The notes beneath the pieces were generated by a model, which was not told the origin of the DNA, ran no database searches, and saw only the letters and a program-made list of their open reading frames with translations. The translations under genes and the position numbers were made by a program. From positions 23,739 to 87,738 of the forward strand of contig JBBDKV010000017.1 of assembly GCA_040879165.1 (NCBI GenBank): 64,000 bases of DNA, in the 5' to 3' direction. Positions 1 to 9,463 of the stretch are shown here, piece by piece (within the stretch, counting starts at the first letter, position 1; each line of letters opens with the position of its first letter). This stretch comes from Patescibacteria group bacterium. GTDB lineage: Bacteria; Patescibacteriota; Microgenomatia; UBA1400; PJMF01.

Positions 1-1020
1 ACCAGGTGCAGCTAGTTCTGCACCAGTGCTAGAAAAACTAGCAAATTGGTCATTACTATCGGTAGCAGAGACGGCAATCACAGAATTATACGCAGCTGGA
101 TACAGTAAGGGACCGCCACTGGTATTGCCAGCAGCTGCCACCAGGTAAATTCCCTGAGCTTGGGCTTCTGCAAGTTTTGTTTTAAGTGCTGAGCTATCAT
201 AGGTAGTTCCTAGAGAAAAGTTCATCACCTGCACATCTTCAGCCATTGCCCAATCTATTCCATCAATGATATCGCTAATATAACCAGTGCCATCAGCCCC
301 CAATACTTTAACAGCTACGAGCGATGCCTGAGGAGCAGCACCTTGCCAACCGCCATTATCTACATCTGCTCCTACAGTACCTGCTACATGAGTGCCATGC
401 CCATGATCATCAAAAGGATCCGAGTCATTATTTGCAAAATCATACCCTCCCACGTACCGTCCACGCAAATCTGGGTGCGAGTAATCAATGCCGGTATCGA
501 CTATTGCTACTCTAACACCACTGGCTTGAGTTGTCGTCCAAACTGGTGGCACCTCAATTTTAGAAATACCCCAATCTACCTGATCAGCAGTAATAAAAAC
601 AGGGTAATCTACCTCAACAGACTCAACAAGTTGTTCAGACTCAAGTTGCGACATGACTTCGGACTCTGTCTCCTTAGCTATTTTGACAACAATCACGCTC
701 GAGCTGCTTTCGATCACTGAGCCGCCAGCCTGTCTTACCACTGCTTCTACACGAGCGATATCAGCGGGTGAATCAGGAATAATTAGCTTTCTCTGAAGAT
801 CAACTTTCTCAGCTATAAGGCTAGTTTCGACGACAGCTTGTTGACTAGGTTGCGAATTAGCAATAAAGACAGGAGGGGCAAGTGAGTCATCAGTTAAAGG
901 GATGGGGCGATTGTACAAAGCGAGTTGAGCCGTAGCTATGTAGAAAAGACCGCCCAAAAACAATGCAACTAAAAGACTTATCCCAACAGTATAGAGGTGA
1001 TTTGTAGTTATTCTAAACAC
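1..1020 (-). CDS. S8 (subtilisin-like) serine peptidase, N-terminal membrane anchor, truncated by window start
   Basis: Not in the ORF track because it runs off the edge. Manual minus-strand translation from GTG at 1020 gives DDHGHGTHVAGTV and YPAAYNSVIAVSATDSNDQFASFSSTGAELAAPG, classic subtilase motifs. Confidence 0.9.
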   Translation of the reverse strand, partial: MFRITTNHLYTVGISLLVALFLGGLFYIATAQLALYNRPIPLTDDSLAPPVFIANSQPSQQAVVETSLIAEKVDLQRKLIIPDSPADIARVEAVVRQAGGSVIESSSSVIVVKIAKETESEVMSQLESEQLVESVEVDYPVFITADQVDWGISKIEVPPVWTTTQASGVRVAIVDTGIDYSHPDLRGRYVGGYDFANNDSDPFDDHGHGTHVAGTVGADVDNGGWQGAAPQASLVAVKVLGADGTGYISDIIDGIDWAMAEDVQVMNFSLGTTYDSSALKTKLAEAQAQGIYLVAAAGNTSGGPLLYPAAYNSVIAVSATDSNDQFASFSSTGAELAAPG

Positions 1021-1082
1021 GCTTTAAGCGTAGATTATTTTGCCCTATGTGACAAGCGTGTAATCAAGTGGTGGATCGAGTC

Positions 1083-1115
1083 GGTCAGGTACGGGAAAGT
1101 GCTATAATGTTGTTT
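1083..1115 (+). repeat. att-like site A (putative detached LSR 3' tail)
   Basis: GGT CAG GTA CGG GAA AGT GCT ATA ATG TTG TTT; aligns gap-free with sites at 4510, 5957, 7458 and the tRNA-His junction at 15978; intergenic. Confidence 0.65.
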
Positions 1116-1226
1116 GACTCGATTTTTGTGGGTGAGTTGATAACTACGGCATTAGTGCTCAGACTATCTTTGGAAAAGACTGCATATTGACAATTGTATC
1201 GTTTCGCAACAAAATGACCCATATAC

Positions 1227-1784
1227 ATGGATAAATCACCGTCACAAACAACACAGAATTCCCCGATAGCAGGTTCAACCCAGCAGCAGCCAAATCCAGC
1301 CATACCAGGTCCTAGCTCTTCTACCAACCAGCCCACACTCCACCAGAGCCCGAATAATTCATCCACCGCTTCTGCGGACCAGTCGTCTTCACCCATGAAA
1401 ATACAGCTTGAGAAGCCCATCAAGGGAGTGACTATACTTGTTGTCGAAGATGAGCAGGATTACCGCCAAATACTCACTGAGGTACTTGAATTAGAAGGAT
1501 TTACAGTCCTGCAGGCAGCTGATGGTCAGCAAGCGCTTGATCTAGCACAGAACAATGATATACAACTTGTTCTTCTCGACATGCTCATGCCAAAAATAGA
1601 TGGCGTGACCTTTTTATACCACCTGCGTAACACACTCCATAAAGAACATATTCCTGCACTGATTCTCACGAACTTCACCGAAGCTGCTTTTCCAGAAAAA
1701 GTGGCTGGTTTTATTATTAAGTCAAATACGAGCTTAGATGAAGTTGTGGCAAAAGTTAAAGAAGTCCTGCCGATTACTACTTAG
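1227..1784 (+). CDS. Response regulator (receiver domain) with S/Q/P-rich N-terminal extension
   Basis: ILVVEDE...LLDMLMPKIDG...LILTN...FIIK receiver motifs. Confidence 0.9.
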   Translation: MDKSPSQTTQNSPIAGSTQQQPNPAIPGPSSSTNQPTLHQSPNNSSTASADQSSSPMKIQLEKPIKGVTILVVEDEQDYRQILTEVLELEGFTVLQAADGQQALDLAQNNDIQLVLLDMLMPKIDGVTFLYHLRNTLHKEHIPALILTNFTEAAFPEKVAGFIIKSNTSLDEVVAKVKEVLPITT

Positions 1785-1798
1785 CGCGGAGGCACTCT

Positions 1799-2941
1799 AT
1801 GAAGATTCAGCAAAAAAAGTGGACAGCAGCAAATGGCTGGCAAGATGTCATGGGAGACCAGTTAGCAGAACAAGCGCAGCTGGTTTTTTTATTTGGCGGG
1901 GTAAGTGCTCTTAAAGACCAAGAGCAATACAACGCAGTAAAAAACTGGTATCCTCACGCACAAGTAGTGAGTGTCTCAACTGCTGGTGAGATCATTGGGA
2001 CCCAGGTACTCGATGAGTCATTGGTTGTTACCGCCATAGCATTTGAGAAAACACAAATCCAAGCAGTGCAAGCCAAGATTTGGAATATGGACGAAAGTCT
2101 CTCAGTTGGCCATCAACTTGGTGAAGCCTTGCCGAAAGAAGGTCTCATTCATGTTCTTGTGTTTTCTGATGGTCTGCATATGAATGGCACAATGCTGGTA
2201 AATGGATTAGCAGAAAAACTTCCTCCTGAGGTTTCGGTGACTGGCGGATTAGCTGGTGATCAGGATAGATTTCAAGAAACACTCGTAGGTTTGAACTATG
2301 CTCCGCAACAAAATGTGGTGATTGCAATCGGGTTGTATGGCAATAACATTAAGGTTGGATATGGTTCGATGGGAGGCTGGGATCCGTTTGGTCCAGAACG
2401 ACTGGTAACAAAATCTAAAGCAAATGTTCTCTATGAACTCGATGGCCAGTTAGCTTTGGATTTGTATAAAAAATACTTGGGCGAGCAGGCGAAGAATTTG
2501 CCTGCATCGGGATTGCTCTTTCCTCTCAGCTTGAGAATTGGTGATCGCGAAGTAGGAATTGTTCGCACTATCCTGGCAGTAAATGATGAGGAGGGAAGTA
2601 TGACCTTTGCTGGAGACATTCCAGAAGGATCATATGCACGCTTGATGAAAGCCAACTTTGAACGGTTAGTAGATGGTGCGCAAGGAGCAGCAAGCATGAG
2701 TACTCAGTCGCTTCAGGGTACACGCTCAGAGCTAGCACTACTCATTAGCTGTGTTGGACGCAAACTGGTGCTTAAGCAGCGGGTTGAGGAAGAAGTAGAG
2801 GGCGTAGCGAGTATTTTAGGAGAACAGACCGTAATTACAGGTTTTTATTCGTATGGAGAGATTTGTCCTGTTGCTCCTACAGAAAAACAGTGCGATCTGC
2901 ATAATCAAACGATGACCATTACTACACTCACAGAACAATAA
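1799..2941 (+). CDS. FIST N/C domain signal transduction protein
   Basis: STAGEI, GGLAGD, LISCVGRK, GFYSYGEI, LHNQTMT motifs typical of FIST proteins. Confidence 0.9.
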   Translation: MKIQQKKWTAANGWQDVMGDQLAEQAQLVFLFGGVSALKDQEQYNAVKNWYPHAQVVSVSTAGEIIGTQVLDESLVVTAIAFEKTQIQAVQAKIWNMDESLSVGHQLGEALPKEGLIHVLVFSDGLHMNGTMLVNGLAEKLPPEVSVTGGLAGDQDRFQETLVGLNYAPQQNVVIAIGLYGNNIKVGYGSMGGWDPFGPERLVTKSKANVLYELDGQLALDLYKKYLGEQAKNLPASGLLFPLSLRIGDREVGIVRTILAVNDEEGSMTFAGDIPEGSYARLMKANFERLVDGAQGAASMSTQSLQGTRSELALLISCVGRKLVLKQRVEEEVEGVASILGEQTVITGFYSYGEICPVAPTEKQCDLHNQTMTITTLTEQ

Positions 2942-2956
2942 AAACTTCCGCCTTGC

Positions 2957-4438
2957 ATGAATAAATTATTACAACGACAGCTGAAAAAGGTCTATGGGAG
3001 AAACACCAATATCCCTAGTGAGATAGCACCCCTTTTACAGATCATTACTGATACCTACGACGGCTTTGATCAAGACCGTGAATTGACGATTCGCTCTCTT
3101 GAGCTCTCATCCCAAGAATTACTTGACGCAAATAGAAAACTAGGAGAGGAAACACAACGTCAGAAAGCAATTCTTGAAGCGCTTCGAGCAGCGACTTCAG
3201 TGCTCAAACCGAGCTCAGCTGAAAAAAAAGAGTGGCTTACTTCAGCGGATGAAGTGATCTATCTTGCGGAGTCGCTTACCCAATTAATCGAGGAACAAAA
3301 GCAGCACGAGCTGGAGTTGATCCACTCCAAAGTTCAGACCGAACAAGAAAAAGCAAAAGCTGAGGCTATTTTACTGTCGATCGGAGATGGGGTATTTGCA
3401 GTAGACCTAGATTTGAGAATTATGTTGATGAATCCCATAGCAGAACAACTATCAGGTTATTCCTTTGCCGAAGCTGAAGGAAGACCATATAACCAAATCT
3501 TCAGTTTTAAAACGGAGCACGATCCAGACGCACCCTATCCTAACTTTGTCCAGGATGTGATGAGTAGTGGTAAAATTCGAGCTCTGACCAACCACACCTT
3601 GCTTGTTAGAAAAGACAAAACGGAACTGTCAGTTTCTGATAGTGCGGCTCCTATTGTGAGTGAAAATGGCAAGATCATCGGCTGCATTGTCGTGGTGCGC
3701 GATGCGAGTCGTGAACGGGAGCTTGAGCGTGCTAAAGACGACTTCATCTCCATCACTGCCCACCAACTACGCACTCCGCTCGGAATTGTGCGCTGGCATG
3801 CTGAGATGCTCCTGCGGAATACTTTGCTCGATGCTGCTACCAGATCAAAGCTCAAACATGTTCATGCGAGCAACTTGCGCTTGATTGCTTTAGTGAATGA
3901 TTTACTTAATGTCTCACGGATTGATCAGGGGAGAGTACAGGATAATCCTCATTCTACCCATGTTTGTGAGGTCATCCGTGACGCATACTCAGAACTAGAG
4001 CCTTTAGCCCAACAGCTCAACGTCACGGTTAATCTACTGTTGAAAGATGGGTGTGACAAGGAAATATTTATTGATTCAAAACGTTTGGAGGAAGTAATCT
4101 TGAACTTACTCTCAAATGCGATCAAGTACAATGTTCCCGGAGGCAAGGTCGATGTCACTACTATGATGCAGGATGAGTTTATTGCGATTAGTTTCAGTGA
4201 TACGGGGATTGGTATCCCGCTGGAGGATCAAAAACGAATGTTTGATAAATTCCACCGTGCTAAAAATGCAACTCGCAATGATACTACAGGCACAGGCCTT
4301 GGCATGTATATTGTCAAATCATACGTTGATGCTTGGAGTGGTAAGATTGCCTTTCAGAGCACCGAAGGCAAAGGCTCCACCTTTGTGATTAGCATTCCTC
4401 TGTCCAGCACCCAATCTACTACACAGTTAGTTGAGTGA
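2957..4438 (+). CDS. PAS-domain sensor histidine kinase
   Basis: PAS (SIGDGVFAVD...MNPIAEQLSG), H-box AHQLRTPL, N-box NLLSNAIKY, G boxes DTGIGI and GTGLGM. Confidence 0.93.
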   Translation: MNKLLQRQLKKVYGRNTNIPSEIAPLLQIITDTYDGFDQDRELTIRSLELSSQELLDANRKLGEETQRQKAILEALRAATSVLKPSSAEKKEWLTSADEVIYLAESLTQLIEEQKQHELELIHSKVQTEQEKAKAEAILLSIGDGVFAVDLDLRIMLMNPIAEQLSGYSFAEAEGRPYNQIFSFKTEHDPDAPYPNFVQDVMSSGKIRALTNHTLLVRKDKTELSVSDSAAPIVSENGKIIGCIVVVRDASRERELERAKDDFISITAHQLRTPLGIVRWHAEMLLRNTLLDAATRSKLKHVHASNLRLIALVNDLLNVSRIDQGRVQDNPHSTHVCEVIRDAYSELEPLAQQLNVTVNLLLKDGCDKEIFIDSKRLEEVILNLLSNAIKYNVPGGKVDVTTMMQDEFIAISFSDTGIGIPLEDQKRMFDKFHRAKNATRNDTTGTGLGMYIVKSYVDAWSGKIAFQSTEGKGSTFVISIPLSSTQSTTQLVE

Positions 4439-4509
4439 TATACGCGACACTTTTTCAGCCATATTTGTGTGCATACTGATTTGGACTAGGCATCACTGTT
4501 CCTTCATGT

Positions 4510-4542
4510 GGTCAAATACGGGAGAGTGTTAGAATCCTACTC
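4510..4542 (+). repeat. att-like site B
   Basis: GGT CAA ATA CGG GAG AGT GTT AGA ATC CTA CTC; intergenic between kinase and AbiEii stop codons. Confidence 0.7.
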
Positions 4543-4547
4543 ACTCG

Positions 4548-5204
4548 TTACTCTACTATCTCACCCTTCAACTTTTCAGCTTCAATATGAAAAAAATCAC
4601 TTAAGCTTTTCCTATCAAGAGAACCAATGATAATTGGATCGTCGAGGTGAGCATCTGCTTCAAATAATCTGCTAGCTAACTGGAGTGGGTCAACATGCCA
4701 ATCAAACTTCAATTTTGCTTTCATTCGCAGCTCCTCAGTTCCAAAACCATACTTTCGAATGATTGTGTACAGATCAAAATAATCTCGGCCTCTTGGTTTT
4801 TGAACAATAGTAAACAATTTGTTGGTGGCAATATCAATAACACTGTCAACAAGGAGACCATCTTTTTTCTCTGGATGCTCAATTTGTTCAAAAGGATAAT
4901 AGGTGAACTCTAGTTTGAGAACAGACTCATCCTTGAAACGAATAAAGTATAAATTTCGGTTAAAGCTATTTTGGTAGTCAAATGAAATAAATTCTAACTT
5001 CTTTTGTAGGCTTTTAATTATGACTGTAATGTCTTGCGCATCAAATTCTTCGTGACAGAAAAAATCAAGATCTTCTGAATAACGATGTTGCAAGTAATAG
5101 TGTGAAAGGGCTGTGCCACCACTAAAATAAAAGTGCTCTGCTAGACTCGTTTCTGAGATTAATTTGAGCACTAATTGTTGCTGCTCAGTTAGGATTGTGA
5201 CCAT
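4548..5204 (-). CDS. AbiEii/AbiGii-family nucleotidyltransferase toxin (type IV TA-like)
   Basis: FYFSGGTAL...HRYSEDLDFF and K...RGRDYFDLY motifs. Confidence 0.88.
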   Translation of the reverse strand: MVTILTEQQQLVLKLISETSLAEHFYFSGGTALSHYYLQHRYSEDLDFFCHEEFDAQDITVIIKSLQKKLEFISFDYQNSFNRNLYFIRFKDESVLKLEFTYYPFEQIEHPEKKDGLLVDSVIDIATNKLFTIVQKPRGRDYFDLYTIIRKYGFGTEELRMKAKLKFDWHVDPLQLASRLFEADAHLDDPIIIGSLDRKSLSDFFHIEAEKLKGEIVE

Positions 5205-5389
5205 ACAATGCTCTTTAAGTAGTTCCGCTTGGCTGCATCAATGTCAAGTTTATCCCAATTAGCTTTTAATTTTTCTAATGAAAGCTTTGTGTTGTTGAGA
5301 CCAAAATTGATTTGCTGCTCCAATACAAATTGATCATACTTAGCAGAATTTTTCTTAAGTCGAGTAGTGTCAGTGTTCCAGTTGTACAT
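5189..5389 (-). CDS. Small putative antitoxin partner (66 aa)
   Basis: MYNWNTDTTRL...; overlaps the toxin start. The ATG at 5389 follows a -10-like TAATAC/TATAAT region. Confidence 0.65.
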   Translation of the reverse strand: MYNWNTDTTRLKKNSAKYDQFVLEQQINFGLNNTKLSLEKLKANWDKLDIDAAKRNYLKSIVWSQS

Positions 5390-5523
5390 AGTAGTATTAT
5401 ACTTGAAAATGGGCGCATTTAATAGGTTTGACCGGAAAAAGAAACTAATTTTGGGTTGATAAATCAAAGCATATTGTTTTTGAGCAAAAATCCTCAAAAA
5501 CCTTTATTTATATGCATGGAAGC

Positions 5524-5883
5524 TCATTCAGAAATCTCTGCTATCGCTTCAATTTCAATCAATACTTTGGGATCACCCGGAAATTCTGGGAGAGCAGCTA
5601 CTCCAATAGTAGTTCTTGCTGGCAGATGTTTGCCAAAAAAATCCGCATAAAGCTCATTCATCTGAGGAAATAGCGATAAATCAGTCATAAACACCGTTGT
5701 CTTAACAACATTAACTTCAGTTAAGCCAGCAAGTTCTAAGACATTTCTTAAATTTTGGAAAATATTTTCAGTCTGAGATTGAAAGTCCTCAGGAATTACC
5801 TTGGTTTTTGAGTCTGATCCCACTTGACCAGATATAAAAACCATATTTCCAGTTTTGTAAAAAGGGCTGAGAGGTGCTTTCAT
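5524..5883 (-). CDS. ridA: RidA/YjgF/UK114 family deaminase
   Basis: VFISGQVG, VVKTTVFMTD, MNELYADFF, PARTTIGV..LP, IEIEAIA. Confidence 0.9.
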   Translation of the reverse strand: MKAPLSPFYKTGNMVFISGQVGSDSKTKVIPEDFQSQTENIFQNLRNVLELAGLTEVNVVKTTVFMTDLSLFPQMNELYADFFGKHLPARTTIGVAALPEFPGDPKVLIEIEAIAEISE

Positions 5884-5956
5884 ATGATTATTATAATGCA
5901 GTTTAAAAAAAATAGAACTGGTTGTTTAGACAAAGGGAAGAGCGTCTTGAATTTGG

Positions 5957-5989
5957 GGTAGCGTACACGAGTGTGTTAACACCTTGTTT
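5957..5989 (+). repeat. att-like site C
   Basis: GGT AGC GTA CAC GAG TGT GTT AAC ACC TTG TTT; intergenic. Confidence 0.7.
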
Positions 5990-6274
5990 GCGTGTTATAA
6001 CAATACTTGGTAGTAATTATAGATCGGACTTAACCAAAGTGAAGTGCAGTGTTTAGCTTAGTGAGCTTATTAACATAATTTTATAAATTTGAATAAGGAG
6101 AAAAATGCACGAAGATGAGCACAATTACGAACAACAAATTTTAGATGAGTACAAACGCAAGTTTCATGAAACACAAAAAATTATAAAGAGTCATCTAGGT
6201 AATTCAGGGTGGTGGGTGATAGGCAGCAATAGTAGACGAGGATTACTCGACATTGCCCCAATTTCAGGTGAAAT

Positions 6275-6859
6275 CAACTACCACCACCAGAGGTGGTGGT
6301 ATGCCTTCCGCCTCAAAGGCGCTACTTGTTACAGTGTATGTTGTTCGTGACTTAGCCCTTTTGCTCTTTTTGTTGCTGCCACTTTACATACTTTTTTATT
6401 TTATCTTCGTCCAGTCCTACAGTACTCACACAATACCCTCTGCTCCATAAGTGTTTTCCCCAGTATTGTTTGGTGAGATCTTTCCTGCTCCCAAACAACT
6501 TGATTGCTACTTTCCCTTTCAGATATCCCATTACCTCACTGACGGAGTACTTGGGTGGAATACTGATGATTAAGTGAACATGGTCGGGTTGAATGTTAAT
6601 TTCTTCGATCTCAACCTTGTTCTTTTGACCACACAATCGGTACAGCTGGTTTCTTACAAATACTTCTGACTTTCCTTCTAGTACTTTATACCTATATTTG
6701 GGACAAAATACTATGTGATATGTACAGTGCCAGATACTGTGCGATAATCGGTTATACTTTTTCATAGCTCCTCCTGGAACTCGCCTTTCAGGCGGAGCTA
6801 TTTTATTTTACTATACTCGTTGAACGTTAATGAGCGCTCACCGCCTGTAGGCGGTGGAT
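6275..6859 (-). mobile_element. IS200/IS605-family element (tnpA only)
   Basis: Subterminal hairpins TACCACCACC-AGA-GGTGGTGGTA (6279-6301) and CACCGCCT-GT-AGGCGGTG (6839-6856); hairpin over the tnpA RBS (6765-6800); no terminal inverted repeats. Ends approximate. Confidence 0.8.
6352..6765 (-). CDS. tnpA: IS200-type Y1 (HUH) transposase
   Basis: YHIVFCPKYR, DHVH (HUH), LWSRGYCVSTVG, catalytic Y in KKYVKWQ. Confidence 0.96.
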   Translation of the reverse strand: MKKYNRLSHSIWHCTYHIVFCPKYRYKVLEGKSEVFVRNQLYRLCGQKNKVEIEEINIQPDHVHLIISIPPKYSVSEVMGYLKGKVAIKLFGSRKDLTKQYWGKHLWSRGYCVSTVGLDEDKIKKYVKWQQQKEQKG

Positions 6860-7457
6860 ATCTGAGGGATTATATAAGCCAGGAGGAATTTGGGCAGATA
6901 TAGACCTGCTAGTGGTTAATTCAAAAAAAGAAGCTTTTGACGAGTTAAGGAAAATGACAACCCCTCTGCCAATTGGCGGTGGTGTACTTACTACCTACTT
7001 ATCTATTGATGAAATTGACCCAGAAACAGAACTACCAAGCTCAGTAATAGCTGGTCTTAGTAGGCAACAAAATATACGTATTGATCCACAAATCTTCAAG
7101 ACGTTTTATGTAGAACAGATGGGTGAAAGATTTCCAACGGTATGTAGAGAAACTCTACTGGCATTATATTATCTTGGGGGAATAAGAGAAAAAGACATAC
7201 CAAGAATGAAAGAGTTAGAAGATTCGATCATGGCGCGTCCAACATGGACTACTCAAATTGACTCATATCGTTTGATAAAAGAGAAATGGGGAAATAAGGA
7301 CCGGCCTTTGATGGACAGAATAGGAAACGTAGTTGATAAATCAAGTTTATATAGGTTATTGAGAAGAAGAATGCCAAGAGTTACTGGAGCTATATTAGGA
7401 AAGTGTAAGAAAGTATTATATGGAAAGTAAATATTTTAATTGATATATCAATACGTG

Positions 7458-7490
7458 GGTAGAGTACGGGAGCTTGTTAGCAATCTTTTT
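7458..7490 (+). repeat. att-like site D (left boundary of the LSR element)
   Basis: GGT AGA GTA CGG GAG CTT GTT AGC AAT CTT TTT; this frame stays open to TAA at 7533-7535. Confidence 0.75.
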
Positions 7491-7565
7491 TCATACTATA
7501 TTGAAGATCAAAATAATATGAACATCTCATACTAAACTAAACCCGAGCCAAGTAAGATACAGAAT

Positions 7566-8171
7566 TTACTTTTCCCAAACAATATGCCCATTCATATCAT
7601 TCTTTTCATAGACCTCAAGAATTTCAGTACAAAACCGCAGGAGGTTTTCATCACCCGATTGTTTAGCTATTTCATATAGCCGAATATACATCTTCTTGCC
7701 TGTTTCAGTTTGCTTGAAGTTTTTCTTCAAAAAATTATGTTGACTACAAAGCGTTTGTCCGTTTTGTAGTGTTGCTCCACCACCCAAGTCTTTGGGTTTA
7801 ATGTGGTCAGCATGAATTTCAACTCCTTCATTTCTACCTCTGCCACATATTACACACTTGTAGTCATCTCTCTCAAAAATTTGCTTTCTCAATGCTGGAG
7901 TAAAGTCTTCAAGCTCTCTGATTTGAATCATACTAGGGTCATATCTATAAATGCCCTTGTTCACTTTGATGAGGTATCCATTTTGGTGCAACTTTCTGAT
8001 TGCTCTATCAGGGTCTCGAAATATCTCACCAGTTCTTTCTAGCCATTCACCTGTAGCCCAGTCAACAATTTCAGGATGACTAATATCTCTCTTGGGATGT
8101 CCTTCAAAATACTCCATTATCAATCCACTTTGGCTGAGCTTTTCTTTTTTTATATCGTCGCTTTTTGACAT
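7566..8171 (-). CDS. HNH endonuclease, probable type II restriction enzyme
   Basis: RDDYKCVICG...IHADHIKP...GG...NGQTLCSQHN; directly downstream of a C5 methyltransferase. Confidence 0.85.
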   Translation of the reverse strand: MSKSDDIKKEKLSQSGLIMEYFEGHPKRDISHPEIVDWATGEWLERTGEIFRDPDRAIRKLHQNGYLIKVNKGIYRYDPSMIQIRELEDFTPALRKQIFERDDYKCVICGRGRNEGVEIHADHIKPKDLGGGATLQNGQTLCSQHNFLKKNFKQTETGKKMYIRLYEIAKQSGDENLLRFCTEILEVYEKNDMNGHIVWEK

Positions 8172-8187
8172 ATTACTTCTTCCTTTT

Positions 8188-9183
8188 TTATTTTAACACT
8201 TTGAGTAAAGATGCGATTTGTTTTGCAACTGCTTCAACCACAGGGACTGCAACAGAGTTCCCAAATTGCCTGTACATTTGTGTCCTAGAAACAGGCACTT
8301 TGAAATCCTTAGGAAATCCCATAATAGCCTTACATTCATTTACAGTGAGAAGTCTCAGCCCAGTTTCTCCATCTTTGACAAATGTTCCAGTAAGTCTTTG
8401 TATCTTGTGGTAAGTCGAAACAAGAGTTTTTACTTGTATCCTTGAACTTTTATCAATGATCTTTGGTCTACCATCATCTTTTTTGAACAGGTAGCTTTCT
8501 TGCAAGTGCTTCGATATGGAATATCCAGAAACGTCTTGCTCAAGAAAATCATTTATGTATGATTTTTCCACGCCACCTGTAGGGAAAGTGAAACTTCTCT
8601 CCTTGAGAAGGTCTTTTCTAAATCCAACAATGTAAATCCGCTTTCTAAATTGTGGCACTCCAAAATCAGAAGCATCTAAAACTTTAGTAAAAACTTTATA
8701 CCCAGCTTCATCTAAGGAGTCTAAAATAACTTGAAATGTTCTTCCACTATCGTGACTGACTAAACCTGGCACATTTTCTAATAAAAATGCTTTGTTTTTT
8801 TTATTCTCGATAATTCTCAGTACGTCATAAAATAGAGTACCCTGAGTAGCATGTAGAAACCCTTGTCTCTTGCCAATAGAACTGAATGGTTGACAGGGGA
8901 ATCCGCCTACTAATACATCAAAATCTGGAATTTCTTTCTCATCTATCTTTGTTATATCACCATGTGGAATCTCTCCAAAATTAGCCTCATAGGTTTTTTG
9001 ACTATGCTTGTCCCACTCTGAAGAAAAAACACATTCTCCCCCAGCATTTTCAAATGCAATTCTAGTGCCTCCAATCCCAGCAAATAAATCAATAAACTTA
9101 AAATCACCAACAGTTGATCTTTTATTCTGGTCTTCAAACAGACTAGGTGCACTCATTTTAGATAATTTTTTTGTGTTACTCAT
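8188..9183 (-). CDS. dcm: DNA (cytosine-5)-methyltransferase, M.MspI-like
   Basis: Motifs I FAGIGG, IV GFPCQPFS, VI ENV, VIII QFRKRIY, X GNSV. The variable region resembles M.MspI as recalled. Confidence 0.95.
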   Translation of the reverse strand: MSNTKKLSKMSAPSLFEDQNKRSTVGDFKFIDLFAGIGGTRIAFENAGGECVFSSEWDKHSQKTYEANFGEIPHGDITKIDEKEIPDFDVLVGGFPCQPFSSIGKRQGFLHATQGTLFYDVLRIIENKKNKAFLLENVPGLVSHDSGRTFQVILDSLDEAGYKVFTKVLDASDFGVPQFRKRIYIVGFRKDLLKERSFTFPTGGVEKSYINDFLEQDVSGYSISKHLQESYLFKKDDGRPKIIDKSSRIQVKTLVSTYHKIQRLTGTFVKDGETGLRLLTVNECKAIMGFPKDFKVPVSRTQMYRQFGNSVAVPVVEAVAKQIASLLKVLK

Positions 9184-9207
9184 ATCAAAGACTCGTTTTT
9201 GAAAAAA

Positions 9208-9408
9208 CTATGTTTCCAATTTTCGTTTATCTAAAAAGTTTTGCAAATCATCTTCCTTGACTCGCAGTTCTTGCTCCAATTTGTAGGCGGGCAGTTTTTT
9301 CGTTTTGATATAGCGGTAAATGGTCATCTTGCTCACTTTGAGAGCTTGGGCGACTTCTTCAATGGTGAGGAGCGTCTGTGTTTGCACTATATTGATAGTA
9401 TCACTCAT
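9208..9408 (-). CDS. Excisionase-like HTH_17 DNA-binding protein
   Basis: LLTIEEVAQALKVSKMTIYRYIK...LPAYK...RV pattern. Confidence 0.85.
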   Translation of the reverse strand: MSDTINIVQTQTLLTIEEVAQALKVSKMTIYRYIKTKKLPAYKLEQELRVKEDDLQNFLDKRKLET

Positions 9409-9463
9409 TCACATTTGTTTACAAGGGTGATATAGTTTTTCTCAAGAATTATCAAATATAAGT

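Larger units (their letters stand above)
6105..7430 (+). pseudogene. Putative nucleotidyltransferase-fold gene interrupted by IS200
   Basis: 6105-6272 and 6858-7430 are in the same frame. Removing the IS gives ...WWVIGSNSRR...GEISEGLYKPGGIWADIDLLVV... (GS plus DxD). Confidence 0.6.

Noticed and set aside
324-720. Plus-strand ORFs 324-515 and 343-720
   Set aside because: Antisense shadows of the minus-strand subtilase, which has clear catalytic motifs.
6275-6859. TnpB/IscB RNA-guided nuclease with the IS200
   Set aside because: The element is about 585 bp and encodes only TnpA.
1083-7490. Classical integron attC sites
   Set aside because: No RYYYAAC...GTTRRRY palindromic structure, and the tyrosine recombinase shows no evident IntI signature. 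The sites match the serine recombinase/tRNA junction instead.
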